A stretch of 64,000 bases of DNA from Chrysomallon squamiferum (GCA_012295275.1 CM022665.1:558001-622000), one strand, 5' to 3'; shown: positions 11,947 to 27,012, counted from the first letter of the stretch. Notes: a model not told the origin generated them from the sequence alone. A program made the numbers and translations.

Positions 11947-14900
11947 ATCTAGAAATACATTAGCAAAAGTTTTATGTTATTTATTTATTTATTTGTTTTT
12001 TTTCGATTGTTTTAATTAGCATACGGATCTTTAATACTGTTTAATTTAATAAATTATACTTCAACTACTAAAGCTACACCACAACCACAACCACCACAAC
12101 AAACAACAGCTACCTCTACTGTTACTTCTACTATTACAACTCCCAACACCACGACTACAATAAGCTCTGGGTAGACAGGATGTGATCCTTGAATCACAAA
12201 GTCCATTAATACACTTAGAGATTGTTATTCTTTTTATTTTTATTTTTTCCGTGTTGATTTTTAACACAAATCTCTGTGTTTATTTATTTATAATGTTTAA
12301 AAAGTTTTAAACAAATCTGATATTCGTCACATGATAAAATGATAACGCAGCGAGGCAAAAAATTAATAGTTGTTCCTTTTCTGTTTTTATTTTTCACGTC
12401 TTCATTTTTTTTTTTCCTTTCTTTCCTTCTCTTCTTAAGAGCAAAGTCTCGAAATTTGGCTTTAACAAAGTTAGTGAACCGAAAACTGTTTTTCGGATCA
12501 TAAATCAGGAAGACATAGATATATTTAATCTTACGGGCTATGGGCAAAATTAGTTGAAGTAAAAAATAATAATAGTTTTCAAAGAACGCTCACATTATCA
12601 CACAATGGGAAGATATTTCTTTAAAAACACACAGTAAGACAAAATTAATAAGTCTCGCCTTGTCTCTTACAAACTGAGCTACCAGACAAGCGTTTTCATT
12701 TAAATATGCAAGTGTGGTTACACACTGACGTCTCTTATCAACTTATTTTCATATTACATTTAACTCCACGATCATTATATCTAGCCTTATACACACAACT
12801 TTATTTTTCTTTTTAATCCAGCTTTTTTTTATTATTATTACTATTTTTTTTTTTTTTTTTTTTTACATTTAAAGAAGTAACCTGTTTTGTTGCACTTCAG
12901 CATACAGAAACAAAATTAGTTTTGTATCAGTTGTAAGACGCGTTTACCAGTAGTGTATGTTTCTTTCTTTTCTTTACTTTTCTGTTTTTCTTTCTTTCTT
13001 TTTTCAATGTAGCAGTCAGTCAGAATGGAGCACACTTTTTTTCTTCTTTTTTTTTTTATAAAAGAGGTTTTTTAATTTCAAACAACTGTGACTGTCCTAA
13101 GTTTGTTTTTGCTGTACAAAGAAGAAGCAACTGACAAAAATAAACTAATGAAATAAGTGTAGAATGGCGCTCTTTATCCGACTGTGTTTTTCTTTCTTGT
13201 CTGTTTATGTGCCAGATCTTTCTGATGTTCGGTTTTGTGTGTGGAATAAACACTTCACACAGATGACTATTCCACGATTAACACAAATCGTGTAGACATA
13301 TTCTCTAATAGTTATTAAGAAGCAGTGTGACAGAAAGACATATGTTTACAATACACTTATAAATAATAAGTATAAACCAGTGAGTTTAACTGAGATTGAT
13401 CCCAAATTTATTATGTATGTGTTACACTGGTTTTAATGTATGTGTAAATCCCTTCGATTATAAAGAGAGAAAAATGTTAAGTATTTAACATCAATATCTT
13501 ACAAAAAGAAAACAGACTTTGCACTAATTATCAGTTTTTAATTATCAACAGGAGAATGCAATTTCACATTTCTTTATTTTATATGATATGATATAGGAAT
13601 AAAAAAACATAAAATAAAAAATATATATATACTGAATAATAACACTAAAAATAAACAACCTGCTGTTTCTATTTTTAGGTTTAACCTCTTTTTTTTTTCT
13701 TTTTTTAAACTTTATCTTTATTATTTATTTATTTACTCGTTCTTATATAATGAAATTCGATTGAGCTGTAAGAAAAAAAAATAGATTTAAGAATGAATAA
13801 ATAATCTTATTATATAAGTATAATAAGTATTATGATTTTAATAATATGAAAAAAAATATATATATATTGTTTTGCTGACGTCCTCTCCGTCTAGTTTTCA
13901 TGCGATGACAGCGACAACAGTCGCCACTTTATGTTACTGGATAGGTTTAGAATCTCCAGCTAAAAGTGCTGTAGCTGTTTGTGTAACGGCTAACAGCGTG
14001 TTCAGTCTGCCTTCTTCACCTACTTGTAGTGTTTGTTCAACGTATTATACTGTTTAAATATCAACAAACGTGGATTCCCAACGTCCGTGTTACTTATTTT
14101 CATAATTTAATACGACTCTTCTTCTCTGAGGGGAGACTGCTCATCGCTCGGCACTCAGTATCGGCTTTCTCCGGTTTCTGCTCTTTTAGGCAATAAAATA
14201 TGTCCCGCCAAATAAATGGTAATTGACGCGCAGATACAAAATATGCTGGTGTTTTTTAAAGCAAATAAATATCTTTACTTTGTGTTTTTGTTTTTGTCCT
14301 TTAGAGTCAAACACGAGATTAATGGCGTTGAATCTAATTTTGGCTGCCTCTTCAAAGCGCTGATGTACTGGTTAGTTAATATTACTGTAACACAAGCAGA
14401 ACTTTGTAACTGTATACAAAATGTGACATGCACTGCATGTTCGGATTGAAATGCAAATGAATAAGGAAACGTGTGGCAACGCACATTTGGATTTTCCGTT
14501 TTAACCGTTGAAATAAATACTGTCTTTGTTTGTCTTACAGAAAACAGTTAATGAAAGAAACTTCAACATTTCTGACAACTGACGTCTTTAATTATAAGGA
14601 CTAAATCTTTTTTTGTTGTTTTGTTTTTTGTTATGCTGTTATTGTATTCAAATAGCATTAGCATATTCTTATTTTTATATCGTTCACTGCAACGCAATAA
14701 AGCCGATTCATTTGTTTAAAATTTTGAATGTATTTGTTTCTGTTATTTATATCTAGTTTTATTTACGTTATATTTAAAAACTACGTTTGCCGATTTGAGT
14801 GTAATTTAAATTATATTAAACCACGAATAAAGAACTCAGATAAAAGCCAAACAGTCATTTCGTGTTCCGCGTCTCGTTTTCTCACCTCGACACTTCCCAA

Positions 14901-15824
14901 TGCACTGCTAGAATAACCATGTTACGCACAGAAGACCGTACCTCTACGTTATATTTGCCTAACAAAGAAGATTTGATGAATGTGCCGCATGTTCCAATAG
15001 TTGTGGGCTGTGATCTCACATATCCCATGTGTGGCATTAATAACCTAAACACAACATAATTTATTAAGCCATTAAGACAGATGACAAAATGGCTGAGGTG
15101 TATTTTCGTTACCATATCCCACCCTGAGGTCAATCCGTAGGGTTACTGAACATATTGTATTCGATGTTAACACATAATAATCTCAAATATCTATATCCTA
15201 GACAGGGATTTCAAACGAGCAGATTAGCGTGTCGGAATAGAGTACCACCTGCGAGTGTACGTTTCAAGGACATATCACCTTTTTCTTTCATTTCACCCCT
15301 TTAACAAAATTAAAACACCGAGTTATTTATTTTTTTCAAAAATTTACTTCATTGTATATACATATTGATTCTATCATTGGCTGTCTCGCAAATGAATTTT
15401 TTTTTTTCTTGGTGAAATATCATTTCTGATATCACTTGAGAGCACTTTGTGAACCATCCTGTCTTAAATTATTAAATCGTTTTAGTGGCAGAATTAACCC
15501 ACAGTGACACTGTAAAATATACTTGGCACGAAAAAAAAAGAAGAAAAAAGTTTGATTTGAGTATACAAAATGATAGTAAAAGAGCTAAAGTAAAATATTA
15601 CTTTCACTGTGAATTAACCTTATTTTGTTTTTCCTCTAAGCCGAGTTAATCTTTCTAACTTAAGTAAGGTGTAAACGACTACCAGGCTCTGCCTCTTGCA
15701 TGTACTAATTGTTTTCTTGTTCTCAATCACTGAGTTTTTTCTTTAATCAAATGGGAAAGAAACCCACAACTAAACAACACAAAAACAGAGACATAAAAAA
15801 AAAAAAAAAAAATAAATAAAAAAA

Positions 15825-15937
<113 letters not shown>

Positions 15938-16444
15938 AAAGAAAACATTTTTGGTACAAGATTTGTGACAAACTATTTAAATTAATTATAAAAAAGATGA
16001 AAACAGGACTACTGTCATCAGCTGTTACATAATGAATTAAACGGAATCTCCTACGACAAGCAAATTTCTACAAAATTAGAAATATAAATGTACGTACAAA
16101 ACAAAGGATGTGTCTACCTGTTAAACCAGTAAGTACTGAATAAGGTTCAGTGAATGAATAAATTATGTTTTTACTATTATAAAATGGTTCTGAAGCAATT
16201 TCAACGACGTAATAGATTATGTATAAATTTATATAAATAAAAATAAATGAGGGTGAATGGTAGATATGTGGAATTAATCTATGTTTCTGAACTGTCTATA
16301 AATGTTTTAAATGTCTATTTTTACTAAATATATTTTATAAAATTAACGTTTAATTAAAAGTTATATATTTTCGTTCGTAACAGTCCTTCATGTCTACTTG
16401 GCGTCGATTTCAGCTGATTTTTATAATTTATTTCTGTTACAAAA

Positions 16445-16484
<40 letters not shown>

Positions 16485-19400
16485 TAAAATAAAATAAATA
16501 AACAAATAATTAAATCAGCCAATGTATTTGTTTATATTTAACATTATTTGACATCAAGTACAATATGAGTAATTTCAGAGAAGTTATATATTTCTAATAC
16601 AAATTACTTGTATTCACAATCATCTTCAAACACTCAAAGCCGGATAAAAACAAACAAACAAAAACAAAAATAAAGAAAGAAAGAAAAATAATTTTTTTTT
16701 TTTTTTTTTTTATATATATATATATATATATATCCTGAATATTGCATATTTCTTGAAAATGTTTTATTGAAATCCTTAAATGTTTGACAAAACGTAATGA
16801 ATCAGCAGAAATAATGACTTATATTTATATACAAACAGTAAGTTTTATGCTACATTCAGTTTACAGATGAAACTATTGACACATTTTCATTTTTGAAATA
16901 ACGGAAAAAATATATTAATTTTTGTTATTTAGCCAGCGAAGCGACTCTATTGTTGTGTTTTCCACTTCACTGCTCAGAATGTAACACATTGAAATGTAGA
17001 GAGAACAGATAAATCTAGCAATTATCTTCCATGTTACGAGAAAATATCGCGTTAAAATAACTGTGAAAATCGTTTTGATTAACATTAAAAATAATTCATT
17101 TTGTGACAGAATGTTTTTGTTTAAAAAGTCGACCGTTTCATAGTTAATTATTATAATGAACTTATTTTTTGATTATACATTTGTCTCTCTAGGTTTCAGG
17201 TGTTAATAAACTATAAACTATCAAACAGCCAAAATCCTTATAATATTCTGAATTTATAAACTTGTTTTTCCGAATTCTTTCCATCAGATGAATATTTTTC
17301 TTTAAAACTGAGTTATCACTGGGATTGCCAACTAATGTTTGATCCTGCCCCAAGTCATTTGTGGAGATATACTAAATATTCGCGCAGTGTCAGAGAGTAC
17401 AGGCTTCTGTCACTTATTGTAAAATATCCAGATGCGCCAAACACCACATTTTTTCTTGTCATTTGCATCTGATACCGTGCCTGGAGCTACAATGTTCAAT
17501 GATCACAATGAATACGTCATACTGATCAGTTCTTATGCAGTTTTATATAGGAAGTGTTTAAAATTAAAATTAAACAATCACACTATACTAATGATGAATA
17601 TATATAAGAGAGAGAGAGAGAAAGAGTGAATCAGTTTCTACTTCTTTTTATTTTTCTGTAACCTAATTATATATTATAAACACATACTATTATTTCTTAA
17701 TACCCACGTACTCATTATGTTCAATAGCATGAATACAGCTAAATTTGGTAATCCTAATTTACTAACCAGAAAGGTGCTTGTTCAATATAAACCTCCTAGA
17801 AACACACAAAGTAACGAGGCAGATCGAAGATAAAGGTGTTTTTCAATTTGTTGTTTCAAAATTAATTTTGGCTTGTCACCGCGTGACGACTTTTCCTAGA
17901 GTTAATGAGGAGTCTTCCAAGAAACTGAACCACTGCTCACAAATGCCACACGACATATACTTTTCTTGTTTGAAAACATTCAGTCAATTAAATCTTCCAA
18001 CTGACTGCTCGAGTTGTCACTGACATCTGCAAAAGATTATCATGATCTGGAAAGACCACGTCGTCTGCCTGACACAACACAAACGCCACACAAAAGGTCA
18101 TCTTTGGCGAGTGAAGGATTCTGCCTTCTGGGTCGCTCTAAGATGATCAACCGCGGATGAAGACGAAACGACAAAAGGGATGAATCGCAGCTACTTGTTA
18201 GTGCTGTGTTGATAAATCACTCTAATTCTCTCCTATTAGTAAAGCCTAGCCTTGCAGATGAGTCGAGTTACCGGCCGACGTGTGCCTGTCGCCGGTCTCA
18301 GTGCAGTCTACACAGTTTCAGGTGTACCCGTTTACTACACAAAGCCACACACTGGAAGAAAAGGCTCAGTTACAGCTTACAGTATTACAACATTTCAGTT
18401 TTAGGTTCTCCTATCTGTTCCTTAAAATAATTCAGTTAAAATTAATACATTTAAGCTATCTCTTTGTTAATTACTTAACTTTCCTACTTAATTATCTTAT
18501 TTAATTATCTCGATCCAGGTGATCGCAATCTGTCTTGTAGATTTGATAATAATTTTTGGTTTTGAAAATTTTACGGCTTTAACAAGATCCATGACACCGT
18601 GTCTCGCAGTTTGAAACAGTTTAATATCTGTGGTATCATTGTCGTGTTTATCCATGTTCCGTGACAAGCTGCTTTTCGAAACGTTCTGAAATATTCTTTA
18701 CTAAAAACAGTTCAATTCGTATCACAGTTTCAGTTAATTGGTACAAATTAAAAAAATAAAAAATAAAAAATAATTTAAAAACTTAGCTGCAGCCTTATTT
18801 TGACGCAAGTGTCTTATACAAGCAAAGACTGGAAGCACATAACCTAGTCTTTGATAACTGCTGAAGCATTGGCTGAAGAGGAAACTCCTTTGCTGCTGTC
18901 CTCTCCCAAATAAAAATTAGTTTAATGGTTCGTGAAAACATTTCTGCAGATTCTGGAGATTACTGGAGTGAGAATGTGGGAACGTAGTGTTGAAAAGTCG
19001 TATGGTACTTTTGTCGTAATCACAGAGTTATCAGCCATCCTATAATTTCGTTCTACATTTACACTGAATATGAAATTACATTCATCAGTTTATTAGCAAG
19101 TTTCTCTTGCTCTCTTTATGATATGGCTGATATCATATGAGCATATGTGAAAACAAATTCCATTTCCGTAGCATTTGAAAATGTAATAATAATTCTAAAA
19201 AAGCCAAAAACAAAACAAGAACTCTCCCCCGCAAACAAATAAAAAAAAAAAAAAAAAAAAAACCGTCTGATAACTTCTTTTTAACTGATAATACTGTACT
19301 GAGATGACACTCGAGGTCTTTTTAACTGTGAGAAAACGACATCGTCACGTGATAATCCTTATAAGACATCAACCACAATAATTAATTTTAGCGCGCTCCC

Positions 19401-22400
19401 CGGAGACAGTTTGTGCCAAACTACGAAGTTGTCGTTTGAGATTGTTGGCTCCAGTTAGACGAAGCAATTTGTCTGCTAATTCTGATCTGAGTATTTTGTT
19501 CTATTTCTGTAATCAAGTAATTCTTCACTTCTAGTTTATGCAAAACTTGAGAACTAAACTGCATGTTATGGGAATATTATATGTTCGATGTAATGATAGT
19601 TTCACTAAATATATATACATTATGTTAAATTAGCACTTCTCTTCTTACAACTCATGACATGAAAACACTAAATGTAATTTAGTTTGTTATTCTTTAATAA
19701 CCATTGTCATTATACATTACTTCTTCATCTCTTACCACTATGAGGAATTGTGAACAGTACATCTCAAACTGAAAATATTTTCTGTTACGAAATTAATTTT
19801 GCATTCAAATTAGTCTAAAGGCAGACATTACTACTGTTGTTTCTACCTATTACTTTGATCTACGACATAATTCTAGAAAAGGAAAGTAAACAGTAAGTCT
19901 AGAGAAAACCGTATAGGGAATCGACTGGTAACAACATTTCTCAGGTTCTAATTACATTGTTATGCTTGTAAATGTGTACAGTATTCATAATTTGCTAATA
20001 TAACATTTAGAGTTATATGATCAATACTTTTGTGCAAAAGGATTTACGTTTGATGATAGTTTAGGCATGCGAAAATCAAAGAAGCATCATATTTTAATAA
20101 TGTACTTTTTGTTGTTAAATATTTGTTATATTCTCTCGGTAATAAGAGCAACTGGTTTCTTATGTTCATATACGTGATAATGATTATTTTATTCATATTA
20201 ATGTCATAGGAAGTTCTATTGCAATAGCATGTAACATCACCTAAATCAATATATAAATGCGTACGTGTGTGCATGTATGCGTCCACCCATCCATGTATCC
20301 ATTTATCTGTATATATATACATAATACCAGTCTTCAAAAGATGGGCTTGGCTACGGTGTTTAGCCCACTAAATAGTGCTTTGTACGTGTTGATTTTGTCA
20401 GCCACGAAACACCACACAGCTCAGAGAACCCAGTCAATACAGCAGTTGTGAAGTGTAGCAGACCATGCAGAGGCGACCTTTCGTGTCCGCTGTGTAGTGT
20501 AATGTTGTGACTGTTTCAAGTGATAAGCAAGTTTATGTAAGCTGTTAGTGTGCACACGTTAGTATAATATATATGACAGTTAGTGTGTCGATCTGTGATA
20601 GCGCCGCGCGTGTGATTGCATGCGTCGTGAGAGGAAGTAAGCTGGACATTCTCACTCTCCACTTTTTAGTCTCTGAAATCCTGAATCCACCCTTAAAATG
20701 ACCATATGAAATCACTACGATATCATTCGTATAATGAGATGATTTGTATATGACGAAGATAAAAAGCACATATGGATGTATGTATGTATATATGTATGTG
20801 TGTGTTTATGTATGTTTGTGTATGTATGTGTGTATTCATGCACGCACATATGTACGTATGTTTGTAAATGTCGAGTATAGAAGTATTAAAATTAAATACA
20901 GTTCTGTCTTTTAGGTTGTTCATCTTCACGTCTTAGCTCTGTCTGTTTTTTTTATAACACTAGTTTTATTTGTTTTACAGTCAAGGGTACTTTCCTGTAG
21001 TGTTCTGATAGTTGTCATACGAGAAATTGGAAAAAGAATAAAGTGTTGTTTGGAGCCGGTGACAGTAAATATCACTTGACAGGCCATCTAAACCAGGCGC
21101 CGGTTCTCTCAGACAGTTAAATCTTTGAAACATTTCACTTCACTGTTCGGGAACATATAAAACAGGGAATACCACAATTAAGTGCTGACATTTTTTTTTA
21201 CGATGTAACACAAAGAACAAAAATATCTTTACTTATTTTAGTTTCGAATGATTGGAGACAGACAGTTATACCCAGAAATACAAATATGCAGCACACACAA
21301 ATAAGGATATCGTACATATACACATATACCAACAGATTTCTACATATACACACATACTGACACATTCCTATCTATATATATATACCTTCCTGCTTATCTA
21401 CCAATTTACCTACATACATACTTACACACGAATGAATATATAAATGCATAATGATTAACAAATCACAGTCCAATGGGTACTGAAAATATTTGACTAGTAA
21501 CAGATAAAAGATGCCATGCATGTAATATTTGTGATAAGAAAGCAGAAGCCATCAATGAAGACTTACAAAGAGTTTCATATATGGAATTAAAAAATAAATA
21601 AATAAATAAATAAATAAAAATAAAAAATATGAATAAATATGATTGCTGCCTTATGGCTCACTTTTTATTTTTTATTTTATTATTTAATTTTGTTACAAAA
21701 ACGCTATGATTATCCATTTTCACCATTTCACCATTTACCAGAAAAGACTTTTTTTTTTAGCGAAAATCAAGCAAGAAATATAACAGATTTTCCAGTTCAT
21801 TAACCTGATCTTCGTTATGTTGTCGCCTAACAAACTTTAAACAAAGGTTAATGCAACTATCGCCATAATTTACCATACTTCAAGTAAAATACTGTCCAGT
21901 GTACTGTCATCTGAACTGAAAGTAAACCTACAAAATGTTGTTACTTGCGGTCATGCATTACAACAGCAGACAATAAGAACTCTAGTGACCTAGCGAGAGA
22001 TTTCATGGGTCTGGTGTAAAGCAAACCGCCTCAGTGGTAATCAGGCATGTAACGAAATGGCAAACAGATCAAAGGGGAATGTAGCCATGAAATTGATATA
22101 ACAGTCCTTAATAGACCCAGTGGCTATTACGTCAATATTACAATATCATTTGAAAGATAGCCTGCTGGTAGTTCTGACAAAATGATATATTTGTGACATT
22201 TCGAATCTGACGAATATCACAGTTTGTTTCAGTTTTCGAAGGCTTCCTAGTGGCGGCGGACGTTAATGCCATTTAAAGCAAAATCTCGAAAGGTTGATGT
22301 CAAAAATAATTTGTGTTGGCTCGTTATTATCAACAACAGCCGAAACAGCAATAATTATGTTTGTTTATTATAGCAACACTAAAGGATCGTGTGTTATGTT

Positions 22401-23433
22401 TGAAGATTTCTTTATTTTTTTTCTGGTAGTATATAGGTGTATATGTATACGTACATTAGTATATGGGAGTGTGAGGTTGTGTTTTTTTATGTGTATTTGA
22501 GTACGCTGTCAAGTATTATTATTCAAAGTTGAGATCCTTGCATTTAACTGACAAAGTTTTATGTTATCAGCAATATATCACTTAGCTTTGACCTATTTGT
22601 AGATATATAAAAATGACGTAATAATTTATGCTTAAAACTTATAAAATTGTCTTTTTAACTGACGAGACAGGTGACATACTTTTTTCGTTTAACCCTAAAG
22701 TTAAATAAAACAAAACAAAACTAAAAACAACAGCAAACTAAAAAAAGCCCAACAAAAGACCAACAACAACAAAAAATCTAAACACACACACACACACAGA
22801 CATACACACACAAAAACAATAGTTTGTAATACTAGATTTATTAACTGATATTTGATATTCTAAACCAAAACCAGTTTGCTCTGACATCAAACAATATCAT
22901 TCACATTCAATCAATTCAAACGATCTTAGTTGGACACTTGATATTAATGTCTAAAAGTGTTGTAACCACGGAGTCAGTTCTAACCGAAGTTTTGTCGTCC
23001 CTGGCTGTGTTTTACAAAATAGTTTGTCTTATCAGCAGGTGTCTTGGCGATCGGCTGGATATCGGAACACACTTTTGTTACTGTTCAGTGATTTCCACGG
23101 TTCGGTACCAATAACTATAGGCCTTTTATCTTGGCCGTCGTAGCGAAAAAGGTAAACAGCGTGTTATCTATCAGCACTTAAAGGCGTTGAAAAGGTGGTA
23201 CAAGACTTATTTACCACCAGCCCGGTTTATATGAAGTGACGAGCAGTCGCCTTATATTACCGCCTTGCTTCGTTTAGCAACTAAAACCCTATAATGGCTC
23301 GCCCAACTCCTATCTTGATCAGAAGAAAAGCGATAAGATTAAAATAACTCAGGTGGGTAGTACAGGATGTGTTACATTAACCTTTCTGCATCATGACTAA
23401 CAACAGACTGCTCTTTTTTCTCTCCTATTTCAG

Positions 23434-23447
23434 CTGAACAGAGAGAG
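23434..23447 (+). other. Candidate 14-nt microexon (CTGAACAGAGAGAG)
   Basis: Branch-point-like GACTAAC 23395-23401, TGC 23409-23411, ~20-nt pyrimidine tract 23411-23430, CAG acceptor 23431-23433, donor GAG|GTGAGG at 23447/23448. Confidence 0.55.
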
Positions 23448-23589
23448 GTGAGGATTTTACAAGTGACAAACCAACCACTTTACTGATCAAATATGTATAC
23501 AATTTATATGGCCTTAGTTATTTTGGTGTACACCTTGGTGAAAAGGATATGATTACCACTTCATGGTAGACATCCACGACGTCAGGTTC

Positions 23590-24050
23590 TCTGTGTCACA
23601 CTAAGTCTGTACACAGCCGGTACACGTAACGTGTCTGTGTCATACACTGGTATATGTAGTGTGTGTGGGTGTGACATGTCATATATTGGTATACGTATTG
23701 TGTTTGATGTATTATGTATGTATACGTATTGTGTGTAATGTGTCATAGAATGTATATAACATACTCACGTGTGTATTCTATGTGGCGTGTCACAGTATGT
23801 ATGTCAAAAAAAAACTCGTATACGTAATGTGTGTGACATGCCAAAAGTATGTATGTCATATTCTGGTATACGTAATGTGTGTGACATGTCAAAAGTATGT
23901 ATGTCATATATTGGTATATGTATTGCGTGTGATGTGTCACGGTATGTTGGTATAGGTATTGTATGTTATGTTTACGGTGTGTATGTCATATACTGGTATA
24001 CGTAATGTTTGCGACGTGTCACAGAATGGATGTCATATGTTTGTATTCGT
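23590..24050. repeat. Degenerate 48-bp minisatellite
   Basis: Unit GTATACGTAATGTGTGTGACATG(C/T)CAAAAGTATGTATGTCATATTCTG starts at 23818, 23866 and 23914 (48-bp period), with diverged copies on both sides. Confidence 0.85.
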
Positions 24051-25232
24051 ATGTGCCTGTTTTTGAATGGTGAAGTTGTCTTTCTAGAAAGTGTTTAGAC
24101 ACTGTGTGTCTTGTGAGTCTCATGTTACCGTATTTTGAGTTATAATTAATAATAATACTAATAATTTCTACTACTGCTACTACTACTAATAATAACATGT
24201 GTGACAAAAAAAAACCTATTTTTTATAAATAGATGCGTATTGTTTAAGCTTAAATTGGTGTCTCGTTTAATTTTAACAAAAGATAATTAAAAAATAAATA
24301 AAAAAAGGAATAATTAAGAACAGAGCTCTAAGCACAAAGGTAAATTGTAATATATTTTTTAATTATTCTCAAATGAAAAGAAAAGAAAGGCAGGCAATAA
24401 ATCCATAAAGCTCAATAATGCTTTGCACGAATCGTTTCAATTACACAGATGATGACTATAAACACAAATAACAACGAGGGACATAAAACGCAGATTTCAG
24501 TATACAATGCAAATGTTTCAATATGACTGCCTATATTGGCTTCCTTCGTTCCAAACGCTCCTGCCAACACGGATTCGTCTACCAGGAGTAAAATGTTTCC
24601 ATTATCAGGAGCAAATTTTCCCAGTATAAATGCATTTTATACCCGAAAGTTTTAATATTATTTGTCTGTGCGTCTGCTATTCTTCTTTTTTTTTTTTTTT
24701 TTTTTTGTGTGTGTCTGTGTGTGTGTGTCTGACTTTTTTTTAATATTTCATTTGTTGTGCATTTATAGGTTTGAAATAATCAGCCGGAAATTTATTTTTC
24801 ACAGTTTAATTCCTTGCGTTCAAGTGTTCCTAGCAGCACACTGGATATGTTTTAGACATCATTTTCCTCACGTCTCTCTGTAACTCGTCATGTGTACGAC
24901 AAGTAACGAGCCATCACCGTTGATCGTTCAGTCACCAACAAAGAGCAATTGTGCGATCGTTCGAAACGCGAAAACACAAACTAATGTATACCTGTCAAGC
25001 AGTTTTGATGAATGGAGATAGGGCCGGCAGATATTCAATGAAATGGCTTTCTTTTTTAATTCTCGTGCATTCTCGTCGCTGCGAGACATCAAACAACCGG
25101 TAATATTTTTTTTTTTTTTTTTTTTTTTTCTAGTTCTTTTTATTTTTCACGTTTATTATTTTTCTTTTTATCAGTGGTAACTGCCCTTCAAACCATACGA
25201 CCCACTGAAAAATTTCTTCTTGTTGGTGGTGA

Positions 25233-25271
<39 letters not shown>

Positions 25272-25757
25272 TTTTCTAAAGTTAAATCGTTTATATCCGT
25301 GTATTTCGGTCGAGTCTTTGTTTGAAACGAAATACTCTAAAGAATCGATCCTATAATCCTTGGCATCTGCAGCTGACATTTCAACACCTAGCTATCATTC
25401 AACTCTCAGAACGAGAACAGTGTTTGATAAACATGTTTAAATAGTGTCTCTGTTACAGTAAAAAACCCAACAACAACAAAAAAACGAACAAAACCCGTTT
25501 ACCTTCTTTTTTGTTTATAACAATGAAAATAAACTTACTTATATTTACAAAACATAATTTTATGTCAGATAACATTTTGAAAAGAAAACAGAGAATGTAA
25601 AAAAAAATAATAATTTAAATGTACGCCACGTGACAGGCGGATGAATGACAAACGGTCAAACCCACAACAATGTAACATCTTGATCACAGTGCAAGCTCCT
25701 GCTGTGACGTTTAAAAAAAATATTATTTAATATGTTTATTTTATATACATATATACA

Positions 25758-25761
<4 letters not shown>

Positions 25762-25809
<48 letters not shown>

Positions 25810-25892
25810 CACACACACACACAGTTACACATAAAATATCTTTAAACTGTTTTAACAACAGCTGAAAAATGTGTGTGAATGTGTGAGTGCGT

Positions 25893-25938
<46 letters not shown>

Positions 25939-25953
25939 TTGTGTGTGTGTGTG
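25762..25953. repeat. (GT)n/(AC)n microsatellites including a 32-bp perfect palindrome at 25792-25823
   Basis: (GT)n-GTATAC-(AC)n, then a second (GT)n tract at ~25896-25953. Confidence 0.92.
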
Positions 25954-26965
25954 TTTGATAGAGAGAGGGAAACTCAGATTATAAAAGCAGAACAGAGAAT
26001 GCAAGCATTTTAATGGAGTTTTACTAAGCTGATATTTAATCCCTGAAAATACCTATATCTAGCTTCAGTTTTCGCGTGATAGATACTGTAATATTTTTAA
26101 GTTTCATTCGCACGCAGCAATATAAAAAAAAATCTGATTATGTGTTTGCTGTTCACCAGTACAGAATTTTCATTATCACGTTATTGTTATCGTCAAGCAG
26201 ATATTTCAGCGTTCTAAATTAAATCAGAATCTAGTCTTCACAGTTTTTACATTTACAGACAGCCAATGACAATACTGTAGCTAAAATTATACCTACTGTG
26301 AGATATTTGTACATCTGAAAATGTTTTGAAAACAGTAGATGGAAATTAATAATGAGTATTCACTTCAAAGTATGATTCTTAAAAGAAAAACTTTTACTGT
26401 GCCAAATATATACCATACATATATGTAAACAATACAAATCCTTTTATTAGATTATTTGAGAGATGAATGTTTGCGTGTACGGGATGCGTGCGTGCTTGCG
26501 TGTGTGTGACTGCGCGTGAATTGCAAATCACCAAACTGTTTCCAGTCAGTGAAAGAATCGTGAAGCACAGTTTGTTATAAGTGAATGCTCTTTCAGTGGA
26601 AAACTCTTTATTTCCTTCTTTTGCTTTATTTTTATTTCTGGGTATATCATTTACAGTATATCATAAAACCATCAGTAGGAGCTAAAACAGATATAAGAAG
26701 GTTTCTGAACTTATTGTTTAATTGTTTAGGATGATTGTCATTGCTAAAGACAAAAAGTATGAGAATAAAATAATACTGTTTAAAAACATCTGAATCCATT
26801 TTATTCATCGCGTACATGCATTTTATTTTTGATGCTAGAAAAAATGGCCCGCAATGTACGAAAAAAAAGAGGAAAAAAAAAAAAGATATTTTTAAAATTG
26901 TTTTGTCTAAAAAATCCAAAACAAACAAACAAACAAATAATAAAAAAAAATAAATAATAAAAAAA

Positions 26966-26967
26966 AA

Positions 26968-27010
<43 letters not shown>

Positions 27011-27012
27011 AA

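Noticed and set aside
18311-18325. Partial match to the miR-87 3' half (AGTTTCAGGTGT)
   Set aside because: The seed region is absent and there is no pre-miRNA-length hairpin around it.
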